Assembly: GCF_000281045.1 (NCBI RefSeq)
Contig: NW_008246158.1
Coordinates: forward strand, 43,707-75,961
Direction: 5' to 3'
Source: Saprolegnia diclina VS20
Lineage: Eukaryota
Length of the DNA: 32,255 nucleotides
A program made the translations under genes and the position numbers. Of the stretch, positions 32,204-32,255 are shown one piece after another. Under the pieces are notes generated by a model. It had not been told where the DNA came from, did not search any database, and saw only the letters and a program-made list of their open reading frames with translations. Within the stretch, counting starts at the first letter, position 1; every line of letters starts with the position of its first letter.

Positions 32204-32255
32204 TTCCGAGAATGGCTCGGGTGGCGCAGCGATTTTCAGAAGGGTTCGAACGCAA

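Overview
Eukaryotic, gene-dense scaffold with high GC at third codon positions, mostly 40-60 nt introns and oomycete-type INR/FPR core promoters. It is most likely an oomycete; Saprolegniales is an inference. Gene order: the 5' part of a voltage-sensor-domain membrane protein resembling ion-channel/adenylyl-cyclase fusions (runs off the left edge); three paralogous PHO84/PHT1-type phosphate:H+ symporters, two forming an inverted pair and each broken by an assembly gap; an ankyrin-repeat TKL kinase lying between copies 2 and 3; Rac GTPase; PMCA-type Ca2+-ATPase; SRP72; mitochondrial ribosomal protein L19; a 67-aa single-TM microprotein; Rpn13/ADRM1; an atypical archaeal-like kinase; RFC3; a TPX2-like protein; an SPX-MFS phosphate transporter; and a PTC7-like PP2C that has lost most catalytic aspartates. 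Highlights: a phosphate-homeostasis neighbourhood with a repeated candidate cis-element (CCTTTTCCTCA), the probable pseudophosphatase, the archaeal-like kinase, and E2F-like and CHR/CCAAT motifs upstream of the convergent RFC3/TPX2 pair. All gene models and family calls were made by eye; no database searches were run.
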